64,000 nt of DNA. It comes from an uncultured Bacteroides sp. (GTDB lineage Bacteria; Bacteroidota; Bacteroidia; Bacteroidales; GCA-2748055). Positions 35,873 to 46,000 of this stretch are shown piece by piece (the first letter of the stretch is position 1; each line of letters opens with the position of its first letter). Position numbers and translations under genes: made by a program. The notes beneath the pieces are model-generated. The model saw only the letters and a list, made by a program, of their open reading frames with translations, searched no databases and was not told where the DNA came from. The stretch lies in assembly GCA_964500835.1 (NCBI GenBank), contig CAZCQL010000014.1:3029-67028 (forward strand), given 5' to 3'.

Positions 35873-37033
35873 CTAAAGTTGCCGGTAATATGCATCCAGG
35901 CTTTCAATAATAATAGGATCACTGGTATTTAATTCTTTCAGAAATTTATAGGCCTTTTGAGAGATATACCTATTCTCATTTTTAAGTATTTTAGCTATCG
36001 TCTGGCAAGTTTCCAAATCATATACGGAATGCTTTATATACAATCTTAGAAAATCTCCCAGTTGCTGGCCATTCAATTGTTCCAGCATGCTTCTGGATGA
36101 TATGACCACATCAGCACTCAAATAAGGAGCCTCCATCAATTTCTCAATGATCATTTTCCTAATGCTGTAATTCACTTCTCCATATAGAGAGAACAAGGCT
36201 GATTGAAAAGATTTAGAATCCAAATGAACAGATTCGATGGCATTAATAGCGCTGTACTGTAAGAAGAACTCCTCTCCTGTGATAATGTTCAAAAGTGAAG
36301 AAGTCAACCTCGGATTCATCTCGATTGATTGATCTATTCTATTTAATGCCCAAACCCTGTCACTTAATTCCGGACTCTTTAATATCAGGTCAATAAGATC
36401 CGGCGTTAACTGCTTCTCGGTAAGATGAGTAACAATATTCTGAGTGGGGCCATGCACCATGTTCCATAATTTGTAAGTGGTATAAGCGGCTCCCTTAACC
36501 ACAATTGTTGCGACTTCTGCAGAAGTGGCGCCGGAAAACCCGTCAACCAGACCGGATTCTGATTTTGATGCATCAATCAGCTTATTGAAAGAGATTCCTC
36601 CAAGCGGCAGTGAAGGATTGGCCAGTAATTCATTTAATCTTTCATATTCCTCTGCCGAAAAGGGCTTATGTTCAGATTTGCTCAGGAATTCACCCACCGG
36701 AAGTTCAAAGCCCAGGTACCGGCCCGTTATGTTCCAGTAAATTATGATGTCCAGGTCTCGACATTTGTTTTCGACACATACTCCTGTATGTATCTCCCTG
36801 AAATATTGTAAGGGAATATTCTCGCTGGACCTGAGTAAGAATAGTGAATCTGACATTAAGGAATCCGGAAAAACCAATGTATCGATTAGGATACTATTAT
36901 TGTCAATTGTGATTGTGGCCCTTTGGGTATATTTTAACTTCTCTTTTTCCTGCCAAAAAGAGCTGAAAATAATTACTCCAAAAAAACTTGCAACTATAAT
37001 TAAGCGATTCATTTTTATAAATAATCCATCCAA
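35873..37033 (-). CDS. Membrane-anchored protein with FMN_bind-like motif and C-terminal helical-repeat region
   Basis: N-terminal TM/signal-anchor (LIIVASFFGVIIFSSF). VDGFSGATSAEVATIVVKGAAYTTYKLW resembles the S-G-A-T motif of FMN-binding (NqrC/RnfG-type) domains. The C-terminal ~180 aa are leucine-rich and helical (HEAT-like by eye). The start could be M1 (37033) or M8 (37012). Confidence 0.65.
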   Translation of the reverse strand: MDGLFIKMNRLIIVASFFGVIIFSSFWQEKEKLKYTQRATITIDNNSILIDTLVFPDSLMSDSLFLLRSSENIPLQYFREIHTGVCVENKCRDLDIIIYWNITGRYLGFELPVGEFLSKSEHKPFSAEEYERLNELLANPSLPLGGISFNKLIDASKSESGLVDGFSGATSAEVATIVVKGAAYTTYKLWNMVHGPTQNIVTHLTEKQLTPDLIDLILKSPELSDRVWALNRIDQSIEMNPRLTSSLLNIITGEEFFLQYSAINAIESVHLDSKSFQSALFSLYGEVNYSIRKMIIEKLMEAPYLSADVVISSRSMLEQLNGQQLGDFLRLYIKHSVYDLETCQTIAKILKNENRYISQKAYKFLKELNTSDPIIIESLDAYYRQL

Positions 37034-37054
37034 ATCTTTATAGATAATTAACGT

Positions 37055-38431
37055 TTAATCCTTTGCCGGAACTATAGCTCCATGCTTTTCCAAAAGTTGC
37101 CGTATATCTTCCATGGGAACTTCTGCAGGTGTTTTTCCAGACCTGCTGGCCAATACAGCTGCAACCGCAGCTGCCTGTCCCATTCCCATACAAGATGCCT
37201 GAACCCGAAGTGCGGAATTAGCCCCTCTATCACTGCTTATGCACCTTCCCGCCACTACTAGATTTTTGCTTCCCCGGGGGACCAAAGCCCTAAATGGGAT
37301 TGTGGCTACCACATTTTCTGAAAGGTACTCCGGGTGTACGCCACTTTCATCGTGGATGTCGATGGGATAATAGGAATAAGAAATGGCATCCTTAAACACC
37401 TTTCCGCTTACATAATCCGATTGTGTGATCTTATAGAGGCCATCAATTCGATAGGTCTCCCTCACTCCTGTCTCTGTTTGAACTTTCACCACCCTGGTAT
37501 TTTCACAGCCAGGCAATGTTCTCAGAAAACGCAACATCTTAAAAAGAGCCTTGCGACCATTGATATTGGTAATGGAATGGGTTTCTGAAGTGGTAGAGTC
37601 CGCTCCGAAAACATGGCCGCTGAAGGTATAACCATTGCTGTTAAGCACTCCCCGGATGCTGCGGAATTCTTCCCTGACCATCTCCCCCTTTTTTAATTCT
37701 TCACTATACAGGTTCTCCAAATGATCCATGTCCAACATGGACATGTCATACCCTTCCAGAGTGAATAAAAGGGTGCCGGGTTGAGTTTCGACCTCCCTTA
37801 ATACATTGAAACCGGCCATTGATGTGACCAATGCATTACCTGTACAATCAATCATTTGATTGCAGGTAATCTCTGTATGGGTGCCTTTCCCCATCGTCTC
37901 CACGATCCATTTATCCTTTTTAAAATCAATTTTGAAAGGAGTCTCATAAAACCTGAGTTCCACACCGGCCTCGATGCATTTGTCTTCAGCCAGAAGGGTG
38001 TACAGGGGGCCATTTATATACACCTGGTGTTTGGGATGATGTCTGCCATGAGGAATTGAGAAATTGGGTAGTTCATCGTCATTCATTGCCACACATTCCT
38101 CTACCAGTTCCCACCCTATTCCTCCAATAACCTGTCTTCCCCAGGCATGAAAAATTCCGGGAAATGAGACTCCTCCGGTGGTGGTGGTTCCTCCCAACTG
38201 ACTTCCATATTCTACCAGCAGGGTCTTGCTCCCGGCTCTTGCAGCCTGAATGGCGGCAATGGTTCCTGCGGTTCCTCCACCCACCACCAATACATCGGTG
38301 CTAATTTCTTTCTTTCTGGTTTCATAAGGCTTTGCCAGTTCTTCTCCCTTTGCGACCAAAGGAGCAGCGATTCCAAACGAAAGAGCCCCCATCGATTTTA
38401 ACATTGTTCTTCTCTCTATCTTTTCCATCAT
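37055..38431 (-). CDS. FAD-dependent oxidoreductase (PF12831-like) with Tat signal
   Basis: Start taken at MMEKIERRTMLKSMGALSFGIAAPLVAKG (RRxMLK Tat motif). Dinucleotide fold DVLVVGGGTAGTIAAIQAARAGSKTLLVE...GGTTT. Confidence 0.85.
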   Translation of the reverse strand: MMEKIERRTMLKSMGALSFGIAAPLVAKGEELAKPYETRKKEISTDVLVVGGGTAGTIAAIQAARAGSKTLLVEYGSQLGGTTTTGGVSFPGIFHAWGRQVIGGIGWELVEECVAMNDDELPNFSIPHGRHHPKHQVYINGPLYTLLAEDKCIEAGVELRFYETPFKIDFKKDKWIVETMGKGTHTEITCNQMIDCTGNALVTSMAGFNVLREVETQPGTLLFTLEGYDMSMLDMDHLENLYSEELKKGEMVREEFRSIRGVLNSNGYTFSGHVFGADSTTSETHSITNINGRKALFKMLRFLRTLPGCENTRVVKVQTETGVRETYRIDGLYKITQSDYVSGKVFKDAISYSYYPIDIHDESGVHPEYLSENVVATIPFRALVPRGSKNLVVAGRCISSDRGANSALRVQASCMGMGQAAAVAAVLASRSGKTPAEVPMEDIRQLLEKHGAIVPAKD

Positions 38432-38509
38432 ATTCAAAGTAATAGTTTCAGGAAGGATCAGCATCAGCAGGCGGTCAGATTCCTAAAACGGTTATATCCT
38501 GTTTGCCAT

Positions 38510-38640
38510 GTCCCAGATATCCATACCTGCCAAAGGATCGATGGGACCCAAGCAATCAATACCCAAATCGATCAGATCATCCGCCACATCCATGATGTTC
38601 TTTGATAGCCGAAAGGGATAGCTCCATGTTTCCAATCTCT
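38510..38640 (-). pseudogene. Possible remnant of a uroporphyrinogen-decarboxylase (URO-D/MtaA-like) family gene
   Basis: Two adjoining frames read ...GNMELSLSAIK / NIMDVADDLIDLGIDCLGPIDPLAGMDIWDMANRI*. This resembles the C-terminal h.CGN....dl.e.GvD.lnp..p.aGmD block of the URO-D family. It is short, frameshifted and the boundaries are approximate. Confidence 0.3.
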
Positions 38641-38727
38641 TCTACCAGCAGGTCATAATTCTTTTGATCACTTATAAGTTGGTTTTTATTATTCACTGAA
38701 GAATTAAATAATCCACAATATGCTATC

Positions 38728-39816
38728 TCAATGAGGCACGGAAAGGGGCAGATCCAGCCAGGCCAGGCCCACATGCCGTTTCATATGACTCGTACTGTTT
38801 CCGCCGGGAGCATCATAAAATAGAGCCAGCTGTTGGCCAACCTGAACCACTGATGGCAGCCCGATGCATTTCTTTGACCAAGAACAATTTTGCCCATCCA
38901 GAACCACCGCCTTCTTCTCAGGATCCCATTGGTTCAAATCCTTGCTCCAATATACCCAGATGGCATCGGTGTATTCTGTTTCATCAATTCCAATATGATT
39001 GGTAAACAAAAACCAGGTCTCAATATTTTTCTCGTAATACAATGTGGAGTTCTCGATCTGCTCTTCGATAGGAACCATGGGTTGTGGGTCGGGAGTCCAG
39101 GGACCATCCAGATCCCTGGTCCTGGCAATGCCCAACGTGCGCTGAACGGATGGAATTCCCTGTTTTTGGGTTGTCGCACTGAAGAACTGAAGGTACTCTT
39201 CCTTGTACCTGATGACCACGCCCGGACTGGCGGTGATGGAATAGTATGTGTTCGGACGGGTTCGAAAAGGGACCACATCCTTCTGCTTGATCCACGGGCC
39301 TGCAGCACTTTTTCCCTTGGCCTTCATCGTAAGATAAGGGAAAGAAGGAACTAGGTCGGGTGGGTCCGAAACGTTGGGCGTTCCCAAGTAGAACATGTGC
39401 CACTGCTCACCATCAAAATAGGTGACCCCATAGGAAGCCGACCTGGAATCCTCTTCATCAGGTCTTCCAAAGTGGAGAATGGGCCCTCTCTTTTCCCAAT
39501 TAATCAGATCTTTACTTACAGCCTGAGAACAGAGCCATCCTCTGGGCCCCGCCGCATCGTAATGCATGTAGTATGTACCATCCGCTTCGAATACCCAGAC
39601 ATCGCGGGCACCGAGTAGGTCACAGTTGTCCGGCCCATCTCCGTACCAGAGTACAATACCATGGTCCTTTGCATCCATCCTCAAGGCGGCCGCCGGTCTT
39701 CCATCAAGGTACAGGCTTCCGGACTGTTTCCCGTTTTCTTCTGTTTGCCCGGTAACTGAAGCGGATGCAGCATAAATGATTAATGCAAAATACGCAATCC
39801 TGGTTGACATAGTCAT
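38728..39816 (-). CDS. Secreted five-bladed beta-propeller glycoside-hydrolase-like protein (GH43/GH32-clan fold)
   Basis: Signal peptide. GARDVWVFEADGTYYMHYDAAG...SKDLINWEKRGPIL...WHMFYLG...GIARTRDLDGPW is the repeated blade pattern of clan GH-F/J propellers. The family is not assignable by eye. Its ATG overlaps the upstream gene's stop (ATGA at 39813..39816). Confidence 0.7.
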   Translation of the reverse strand: MTMSTRIAYFALIIYAASASVTGQTEENGKQSGSLYLDGRPAAALRMDAKDHGIVLWYGDGPDNCDLLGARDVWVFEADGTYYMHYDAAGPRGWLCSQAVSKDLINWEKRGPILHFGRPDEEDSRSASYGVTYFDGEQWHMFYLGTPNVSDPPDLVPSFPYLTMKAKGKSAAGPWIKQKDVVPFRTRPNTYYSITASPGVVIRYKEEYLQFFSATTQKQGIPSVQRTLGIARTRDLDGPWTPDPQPMVPIEEQIENSTLYYEKNIETWFLFTNHIGIDETEYTDAIWVYWSKDLNQWDPEKKAVVLDGQNCSWSKKCIGLPSVVQVGQQLALFYDAPGGNSTSHMKRHVGLAWLDLPLSVPH

Positions 39817-42800
39817 TGCCGTTTTTGTTCTTGATTAATCGCCTCAATAGTGACCGGTCCCAATAGTCCCGATGGAGTGAGTGCCTCTCCCTTCCTGATA
39901 TCTGCTACAGTATAGGTAGTAAAGCGATCAGCCTCCGGAAGCTCCAGGTCTCCCACCATGCGGTTTCTCCACACATTTACCACCTCAACCTCTAGCTGGT
40001 TTGTTCCTGCTTTAAGTAAATCTCTTGTATTCAACCGGTAGGGTGCCATCCAGGCTACCCCCAGATCGGCTCCATTGAGTTTTACCCGGGCCATCACTCC
40101 CACCGCACCCAGGTTCAGGAATAGATCCCCTTCAGGAATCGCCTCCAGGGTAAATGTAGTCGCATAGGTGGCAGTCCCGGAATAATATTTTACCCTCCAG
40201 TCCTCCGATTCGGTCCAGCTGCTCAACCGCATGACCTTCACCGGACTGGCAGGGCCAAACTCCTTATTCTCGAAATCCACCTCCCATTCTGATTCCAGTG
40301 TTGCAATCAATTCAGGCACCGGGGAATTTTCCCCATATCCTGTGCCAACGTTCTCATTGCTGCCCGAGGTAAAGACAATAAAACAGCTTTCATTCTTCTG
40401 CATGGCCAGGGGAACAGTAGTTCTGTTGCCATCGTCCATGAAGTCATTGAGCAGACGAATATCGCCTGTGACCGCATTCCACAATTGAGGCTGAAGACCG
40501 CTTATTCTGAAAGAGGGTTCAAAATTCAGCACTTCATCGCCCTGGTTGGTCAGGAAATAGATCTCCATCCCAGGCAAGGTGCGGTGTGTCCACAGAAAGG
40601 CTGCATCTGCAGGATAGACCACATCTTGAGGAACACCCATATAATCAAGTGCTTCCTGAATTCCCATTCCAGCCAATACATGACCCTCTCCAACGTCGTT
40701 TTCCAGTTTCCCACCGGCATGAGAATCGCCCCACATGCGGTTGGCAATCTCCTTGATCTCCTGGTCGCATTGCGGATAGTTCTGGAGGCTTGGAGACTTT
40801 ATAGGTTTGCCACCCAGGAAGGTCCCGCCAGCCATCGCCAATTCTTCCATTTTAGCAAGTACATGGGGCCTCATATTTGAATTTTCGGGCAGAACCATGA
40901 TCGAATAAGACATTCCATCCGGCAGCACAAACCTGCCATTTTCAACGGATAGCCTCTCCAAAATCACCTCTGCATTGATATAGTCATAGGAATATCCTGC
41001 TGGGAGTTCCGGATCTTTGGTTCCTGTCATTTTTGGCGCATCTTCGCCAATGAAATAGAGTACATCAGCGGCATATTTTCCCTGTTGCAGCATATGCTGG
41101 CACCTCCTGGTGTAGTCCACCCAGGCTTTTCCCTGGTCAAACCAGGTATTCAGACGGTTGAATTCGGTGGAGAACCATGCATTGATACCGGGAGCCTCTT
41201 CCCTCGGCTGCTGGATATACAGATGGAACACATAGTGGTTGATCCCTTCGGTCCAGGACCAGTCTCCCCTCTTTTTCAGCAAAGCAGGATGCCTGGCATA
41301 GGATTGTCCTCCGGCTGTGAATGCTTCTGCCGAAGTAATTGGCTTCCCATAAATATGGGCTGCCGATGAGCCCGATTTACATTCAATATCTCCCAGGCTA
41401 CCCTCGTTCCAGAACTCCCCTGCTACCAGGTCGCTCTGGCCACCATACATCAGGAATTCGCCAGGGTATCCCCAGTGTCCATAATTTTCCAACCACGTTT
41501 TAAGCCCATATTCATTGGCTGCTTTACGTAATCCACCCACATATTCATAGGCTACGTCATCGGCCACCAAACGACGAAGGTCCCAGAGAAATCGATCCGA
41601 CTCTTCCACACTACCAACCACCCTACCGGAAATTGTAGGAAGGTATTTAACTGGGTCATATTCATATTTCTTCTGGAATTTTTCAGCATACCCATCGGTC
41701 CAGTTCTGTGAACCCATCTCATAGCTGTCGGCGATCAGGTATTTTAGCGCCGGGCGGCTCTCTTCCGGGATTCGCTCGATGATTTTAAGCATGTATTGCT
41801 CAAAATGGAATTTTGCCAGCTCGCTGCTGGCCTTGTCAATCTCATATCCTTTTCCCTGGGGGGCGGCCGGCGAATTTTGTGTTCCTGTAGGGGTCATACC
41901 AATGCGTAAAACGGTCCACTTACCCTCAGGCACATCCTCCATGGTCAGGGTTCCACTGGCATCCATCCGGTCGCTCACATCATGCACCTCCGACACCACC
42001 AATCGGGCATCCTTGATAGATTCCTGTGATTCCCAAAGGTAGGTCTCAAATACCGGGAAAGGAGTGGGATGCATCTTTCCAAGGGATTTCTCAATATAAT
42101 TTTCAAGTACCCGGGCTTCCGTTATCCGGATTTCAGCAAAGCCCGCTGCCGTGAGCACCTCTCCTGCTCCGGCAGCTGCATCCCAACTGGCACTTGTGGC
42201 ATTGGTGCACACCAGCCTGAATGATTTTGCATCAGTTTCAGGAATAGAAATGGCCACAGGTCCGTGAGTTACAGGGCCCACATTTACCTTGCTGTTGCTG
42301 CGATCAAATGCAAATGATTTAATGGTCTTATAGGTTCCATCCACCATGGCCTGTAGCTCCACATTGCACTTAAAATCTGGGGTTGCTGGTGTGAGCAGAA
42401 TACTTCGGGCAGCCAGTGATTCTGCAGAAGAGAGAGTTACCACATAGGGATTTTTATTGCTTCCGCTGAAGAGTGCATTCTTCTTTGAAATATAGCTGTC
42501 CTCTGAAGCAATCTTTTGAAAAGCAAGTACATAAGTATCCTGAAACTCTGCTTCGGGTTTCGGAAGATTGACAGTAACGTTTCCTCCTCCCGCAACCGTG
42601 GTTTCTGAGTAGACAAGGTGTCGCATGGCTTTGTCGGAGGTTACCCAGGGTCCGCCACTCTGGCTCCAACCGGGACAGTTAAAGAATCCAATATCGATAC
42701 CAATCCTGTGGCCCTCATTGACCACATGAACCATGGCATCCCACCATTCGTTGCTAAACAATGGCACCGGGCCATCCACCTCATCTGGATTAATGTTTCC

Positions 42801-43061
42801 GATCAGGACCGCTCCCAGTCCAAACTCCTTCATGGCCTCCAGGTCCCTGGTGATCCCCTCCTTGGAAATGTCATCACCAATCCAGTAGTAGTAACACCAT
42901 GGTTTATTGGTATCTGCCGGGATAACAAATCCCTCCTGGATATTGTCATAGACCTCCTGGGCGATCTTTTCCGGACGATCGCAATAGAAAAATGCCATGG
43001 AGAGCAGTATTAACAAAGAAAATCTGTAGATCCTAACAGGTTTCATTGAGTGTTTTTTCAT
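39813..43061 (-). CDS. GH106-like glycoside hydrolase (PF17132-type, probable alpha-L-rhamnosidase), lipoprotein
   Basis: Lipobox-like FFYC. N-terminal block KPWCYYYWIGDDISKEGITRDLEAMKEFGLGAVLIGNI. C-terminal sugar-binding-like domain YSGTATYATTFTL...VKLNGADLGVAWMAPYRLNTRDLLKAGTNQLEVEVVNVWRNRM. Confidence 0.82.
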   Translation of the reverse strand: MKKHSMKPVRIYRFSLLILLSMAFFYCDRPEKIAQEVYDNIQEGFVIPADTNKPWCYYYWIGDDISKEGITRDLEAMKEFGLGAVLIGNINPDEVDGPVPLFSNEWWDAMVHVVNEGHRIGIDIGFFNCPGWSQSGGPWVTSDKAMRHLVYSETTVAGGGNVTVNLPKPEAEFQDTYVLAFQKIASEDSYISKKNALFSGSNKNPYVVTLSSAESLAARSILLTPATPDFKCNVELQAMVDGTYKTIKSFAFDRSNSKVNVGPVTHGPVAISIPETDAKSFRLVCTNATSASWDAAAGAGEVLTAAGFAEIRITEARVLENYIEKSLGKMHPTPFPVFETYLWESQESIKDARLVVSEVHDVSDRMDASGTLTMEDVPEGKWTVLRIGMTPTGTQNSPAAPQGKGYEIDKASSELAKFHFEQYMLKIIERIPEESRPALKYLIADSYEMGSQNWTDGYAEKFQKKYEYDPVKYLPTISGRVVGSVEESDRFLWDLRRLVADDVAYEYVGGLRKAANEYGLKTWLENYGHWGYPGEFLMYGGQSDLVAGEFWNEGSLGDIECKSGSSAAHIYGKPITSAEAFTAGGQSYARHPALLKKRGDWSWTEGINHYVFHLYIQQPREEAPGINAWFSTEFNRLNTWFDQGKAWVDYTRRCQHMLQQGKYAADVLYFIGEDAPKMTGTKDPELPAGYSYDYINAEVILERLSVENGRFVLPDGMSYSIMVLPENSNMRPHVLAKMEELAMAGGTFLGGKPIKSPSLQNYPQCDQEIKEIANRMWGDSHAGGKLENDVGEGHVLAGMGIQEALDYMGVPQDVVYPADAAFLWTHRTLPGMEIYFLTNQGDEVLNFEPSFRISGLQPQLWNAVTGDIRLLNDFMDDGNRTTVPLAMQKNESCFIVFTSGSNENVGTGYGENSPVPELIATLESEWEVDFENKEFGPASPVKVMRLSSWTESEDWRVKYYSGTATYATTFTLEAIPEGDLFLNLGAVGVMARVKLNGADLGVAWMAPYRLNTRDLLKAGTNQLEVEVVNVWRNRMVGDLELPEADRFTTYTVADIRKGEALTPSGLLGPVTIEAINQEQKRQ

Positions 43062-43219
43062 TTTGATGGCTTATAATATTTTTGTTGGTTGCCGGACCAA
43101 GGTAACTGTTTTTCTAATTGATTCACCTGTATTGTATTCGGGATTAAGTACAGGCCAATTTGGCCGGTCCATTTCCTCCAGCCAGGATACTTGGATGGCT
43201 ATGTATGTTATATTCATGA

Positions 43220-46000
43220 TCAGAGATTTATTTTGAACAGGTGTTCTCCAGGATTCAACTTTTGGCTTCCTGAAGGCAATACCAATAGGGCACTTGTATT
43301 TGGAGGAACAGTCACCGAATACTCAAATGTTCCGGATGAAGTCTGTTCCCACGCTGCCCTAATCTCCCCCTGGATGGAATTGTAAGTTGCCTCCGCATGA
43401 TCCAGCCTCCTTATGAAATTGGGACGAAAGATGATCTGTTTGAAACCCGGCTCCTGCTTATCAAAATTGATCCCTGCCAGGTGTCGATAAAAAAAGTTGT
43501 CGACAGCACCCATAAAATGATGGATACGAGAATTTCTCCTGGTAAACCCTTCCCACAGAGTGGTGGCTCCTTCCCCTACCATCCACCCAAATGAGGGCCA
43601 GGTGGGCTCTGTAATCAGGTCAAAGGCCAGATCGGCATACCCGTGTTTGGGCAAATACTCATAGGCAGAATGGATCGCAAAAACTCCTCCATAAAGGTGG
43701 TTCACTTTCTCCTCAACTATGTTTTGAATAAGGCGGCCCTCCACCCGCTCGATATCGTCTTCAGGCACAATCCCATATTCCAGGGCACTCACATTTAAGA
43801 CGGGAACATACTCATCATAAGGCTCATCACCGACATACTCTGCACTCTCAGCATCGTAAATCCATTTATTAATACCGGTTTTCACCCTTTCGGCCTGTTC
43901 TTCAAGCTGTTTCTGATCCTGCTTGTACCCCAGGATACCTGCCATATGTGCCATTCGTTTCAAGACCAGGTGAAAGTTCAGAGCCGCGTTGGCCGCATTC
44001 CCCCCAGGTTTTTGACCCTCCTTATTGGGTAGAGGGGTTACCCAGTCACCCAGCACATCTGTAAAAATACCATCCATTTCGGGCCTGTTGTTATGCTCCC
44101 ATGAGAATCTCACCCAGCGCATCATATTGCTCCAGTACTGTTCAAAGAGTCGGGTGTCTCCGTAATACATATACATGTACCATGGTACATGCACTGCTGC
44201 CGATGACCAGAGTGTGGACTTGCCACGATTATAGTGATTATCAGGTGCAATGATAGCCAGACCTCCGTCGCAGTCCTGGGTGTCGAACATATCCCTGGTA
44301 AATTTCGTCATCAAAGCCGCCAGGTCATAGTTTGCCATCCCGAATTCCATGCCGGTTACTGCATCTCCCATCCATCCGTTCTTCTCCCGGTGGGGACAAT
44401 CTGTGGGGATGCTGTGAAGGTTAAATTTGAGCGATTTGACACAAATATCATGCACCGCATTGGCCACCTCATCCGAACATTCAAAGAATCCCACCCGCGG
44501 AACATCCGAATGTACTTCAATGACCTCAATATCCTCTTTGGAAAGTGTACCCTTGTAGCCAAAGATGGTAGCATAACGGAATCCCTTATAGGTAAACCTG
44601 CAAACTGCTTCTTCACCAGGTTCTCCCTTGGCCACGTATGCCATCTGCTGAAGCTGAGCAGGCTGTTTTGGATCCGTCGGATCCTCATGTTCTCCGAAAT
44701 AAACAAGGATTCTATCCCCTTTTTGTGCTTTGGGAAGTTTGATTCTTAAGCAACCAGCCAGTTGAGTTCCTGCATCAATCCAGATTCCATTTCTCCAGCC
44801 TCCCCGATTCACAACCTCTGCGGGGGGATAGGATTTTACTTTGCGAATGGGTTGACAAAGCTGCGCTGTTAATTCTCCCCCAGGTGAAGGGGCAGGTTGC
44901 ACCGGGTCCCAAGTTGATTCATCCAGACCGGTCTCCGCCCACCCGTCAATTTCTTTGGTAGCATCGTAGATTTCACCCATATGCGGTCCATCATAAACCA
45001 CCGGTCCGCCTGTTACTTTCCACGACAGATCTGATACCAAATCCTCGCTGCTGCCATCGGAATATTCTATTTTGATCCGGCAGATCAGTTTGGGCTGACC
45101 CACGTACCCGTCTTTGCGATAAAAGCCCCAGTGATCGTAGGCCCTTTGGCTGTAGAAGCCACTCCCCAACATCACTCCGAACACATTTTGCCCTTTTCTC
45201 ATTTGAGGGCCTACATCATGGGTGGCATATAGGATGGTTTTTGAGTAGTTGGTCCAACCTGGGTCCAGCACCTGGTCCCCGATACGCTGCCCATTCACAA
45301 ACAATTCATAGTAACCGATGCCACTGATAAAGGCTGTGGCTTTGGCCACCTCTTTGGGAGCATCGAACTCCTTTCTATAAAGAGGAGCAGGATCATATTT
45401 ATTCTTGTCGAAGAAATTATAGCGCTCCCACATATTCATCCGCATCCCAAAATAACTGGGCAAGCCCCACTCGAAGCACTCCTTTTCCACATCCATCTTC
45501 CTCCACCACTCCTGAGCCCACTCCTCCTGAGGCCTCCAGGAGATCCACTCGGCTCCTTTCCAATCGGCTACTGTGAAAAGCCCGGTGGTAAATTTGGCTG
45601 CTTTGCTCCACTCCTGCTCTTTCCCATTCCTGTCCCATATTTTTACTTTCCAAAAATAGGAAGTGGCTGGCTCAAGAGCCTTTCCGTTATATGCGATATG
45701 GGTATTCTGACCCGACTTCTTCTTGCCGGAATCGAGCATATCTCCCTTATCTGTCTGAAGCAGCTCTTCCGAAGTGGCCACCACAATGCGATAGGCCTTT
45801 TGGAACTGCCCTTCCACATCGGAGGAGAGTTGCCAGTAAAATCGGGGATCGGACATGTCCACACCCATGGGATTTTTCATGTATTCACATTTTAGGTTAA
45901 CAACCTCAACCTGTGCACTGAGATGCAGGTGAGCAAGTAAAACCAGAAGCAGAAGAATTATTACCCTATTCATTAAAACTCGGTTTGGTGCTGTATTCAA
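43220..46000 (-). CDS. GH78 alpha-L-rhamnosidase (copy 2)
   Basis: 926 aa with a signal peptide. N-terminus NLKCEYMKNPMGVDMSDPRFYW and catalytic signature IPTDCPHREKNGWMGD. Confidence 0.92.
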   Translation of the reverse strand: MNTAPNRVLMNRVIILLLLVLLAHLHLSAQVEVVNLKCEYMKNPMGVDMSDPRFYWQLSSDVEGQFQKAYRIVVATSEELLQTDKGDMLDSGKKKSGQNTHIAYNGKALEPATSYFWKVKIWDRNGKEQEWSKAAKFTTGLFTVADWKGAEWISWRPQEEWAQEWWRKMDVEKECFEWGLPSYFGMRMNMWERYNFFDKNKYDPAPLYRKEFDAPKEVAKATAFISGIGYYELFVNGQRIGDQVLDPGWTNYSKTILYATHDVGPQMRKGQNVFGVMLGSGFYSQRAYDHWGFYRKDGYVGQPKLICRIKIEYSDGSSEDLVSDLSWKVTGGPVVYDGPHMGEIYDATKEIDGWAETGLDESTWDPVQPAPSPGGELTAQLCQPIRKVKSYPPAEVVNRGGWRNGIWIDAGTQLAGCLRIKLPKAQKGDRILVYFGEHEDPTDPKQPAQLQQMAYVAKGEPGEEAVCRFTYKGFRYATIFGYKGTLSKEDIEVIEVHSDVPRVGFFECSDEVANAVHDICVKSLKFNLHSIPTDCPHREKNGWMGDAVTGMEFGMANYDLAALMTKFTRDMFDTQDCDGGLAIIAPDNHYNRGKSTLWSSAAVHVPWYMYMYYGDTRLFEQYWSNMMRWVRFSWEHNNRPEMDGIFTDVLGDWVTPLPNKEGQKPGGNAANAALNFHLVLKRMAHMAGILGYKQDQKQLEEQAERVKTGINKWIYDAESAEYVGDEPYDEYVPVLNVSALEYGIVPEDDIERVEGRLIQNIVEEKVNHLYGGVFAIHSAYEYLPKHGYADLAFDLITEPTWPSFGWMVGEGATTLWEGFTRRNSRIHHFMGAVDNFFYRHLAGINFDKQEPGFKQIIFRPNFIRRLDHAEATYNSIQGEIRAAWEQTSSGTFEYSVTVPPNTSALLVLPSGSQKLNPGEHLFKINL

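Noticed and set aside
38577-38774. The 65-aa ORF overlapping the 3' end of the propeller gene.
   Set aside because: It overlaps a well-supported CDS. Its only meaningful part is the URO-D-like scrap, which is already listed as a low-confidence remnant.
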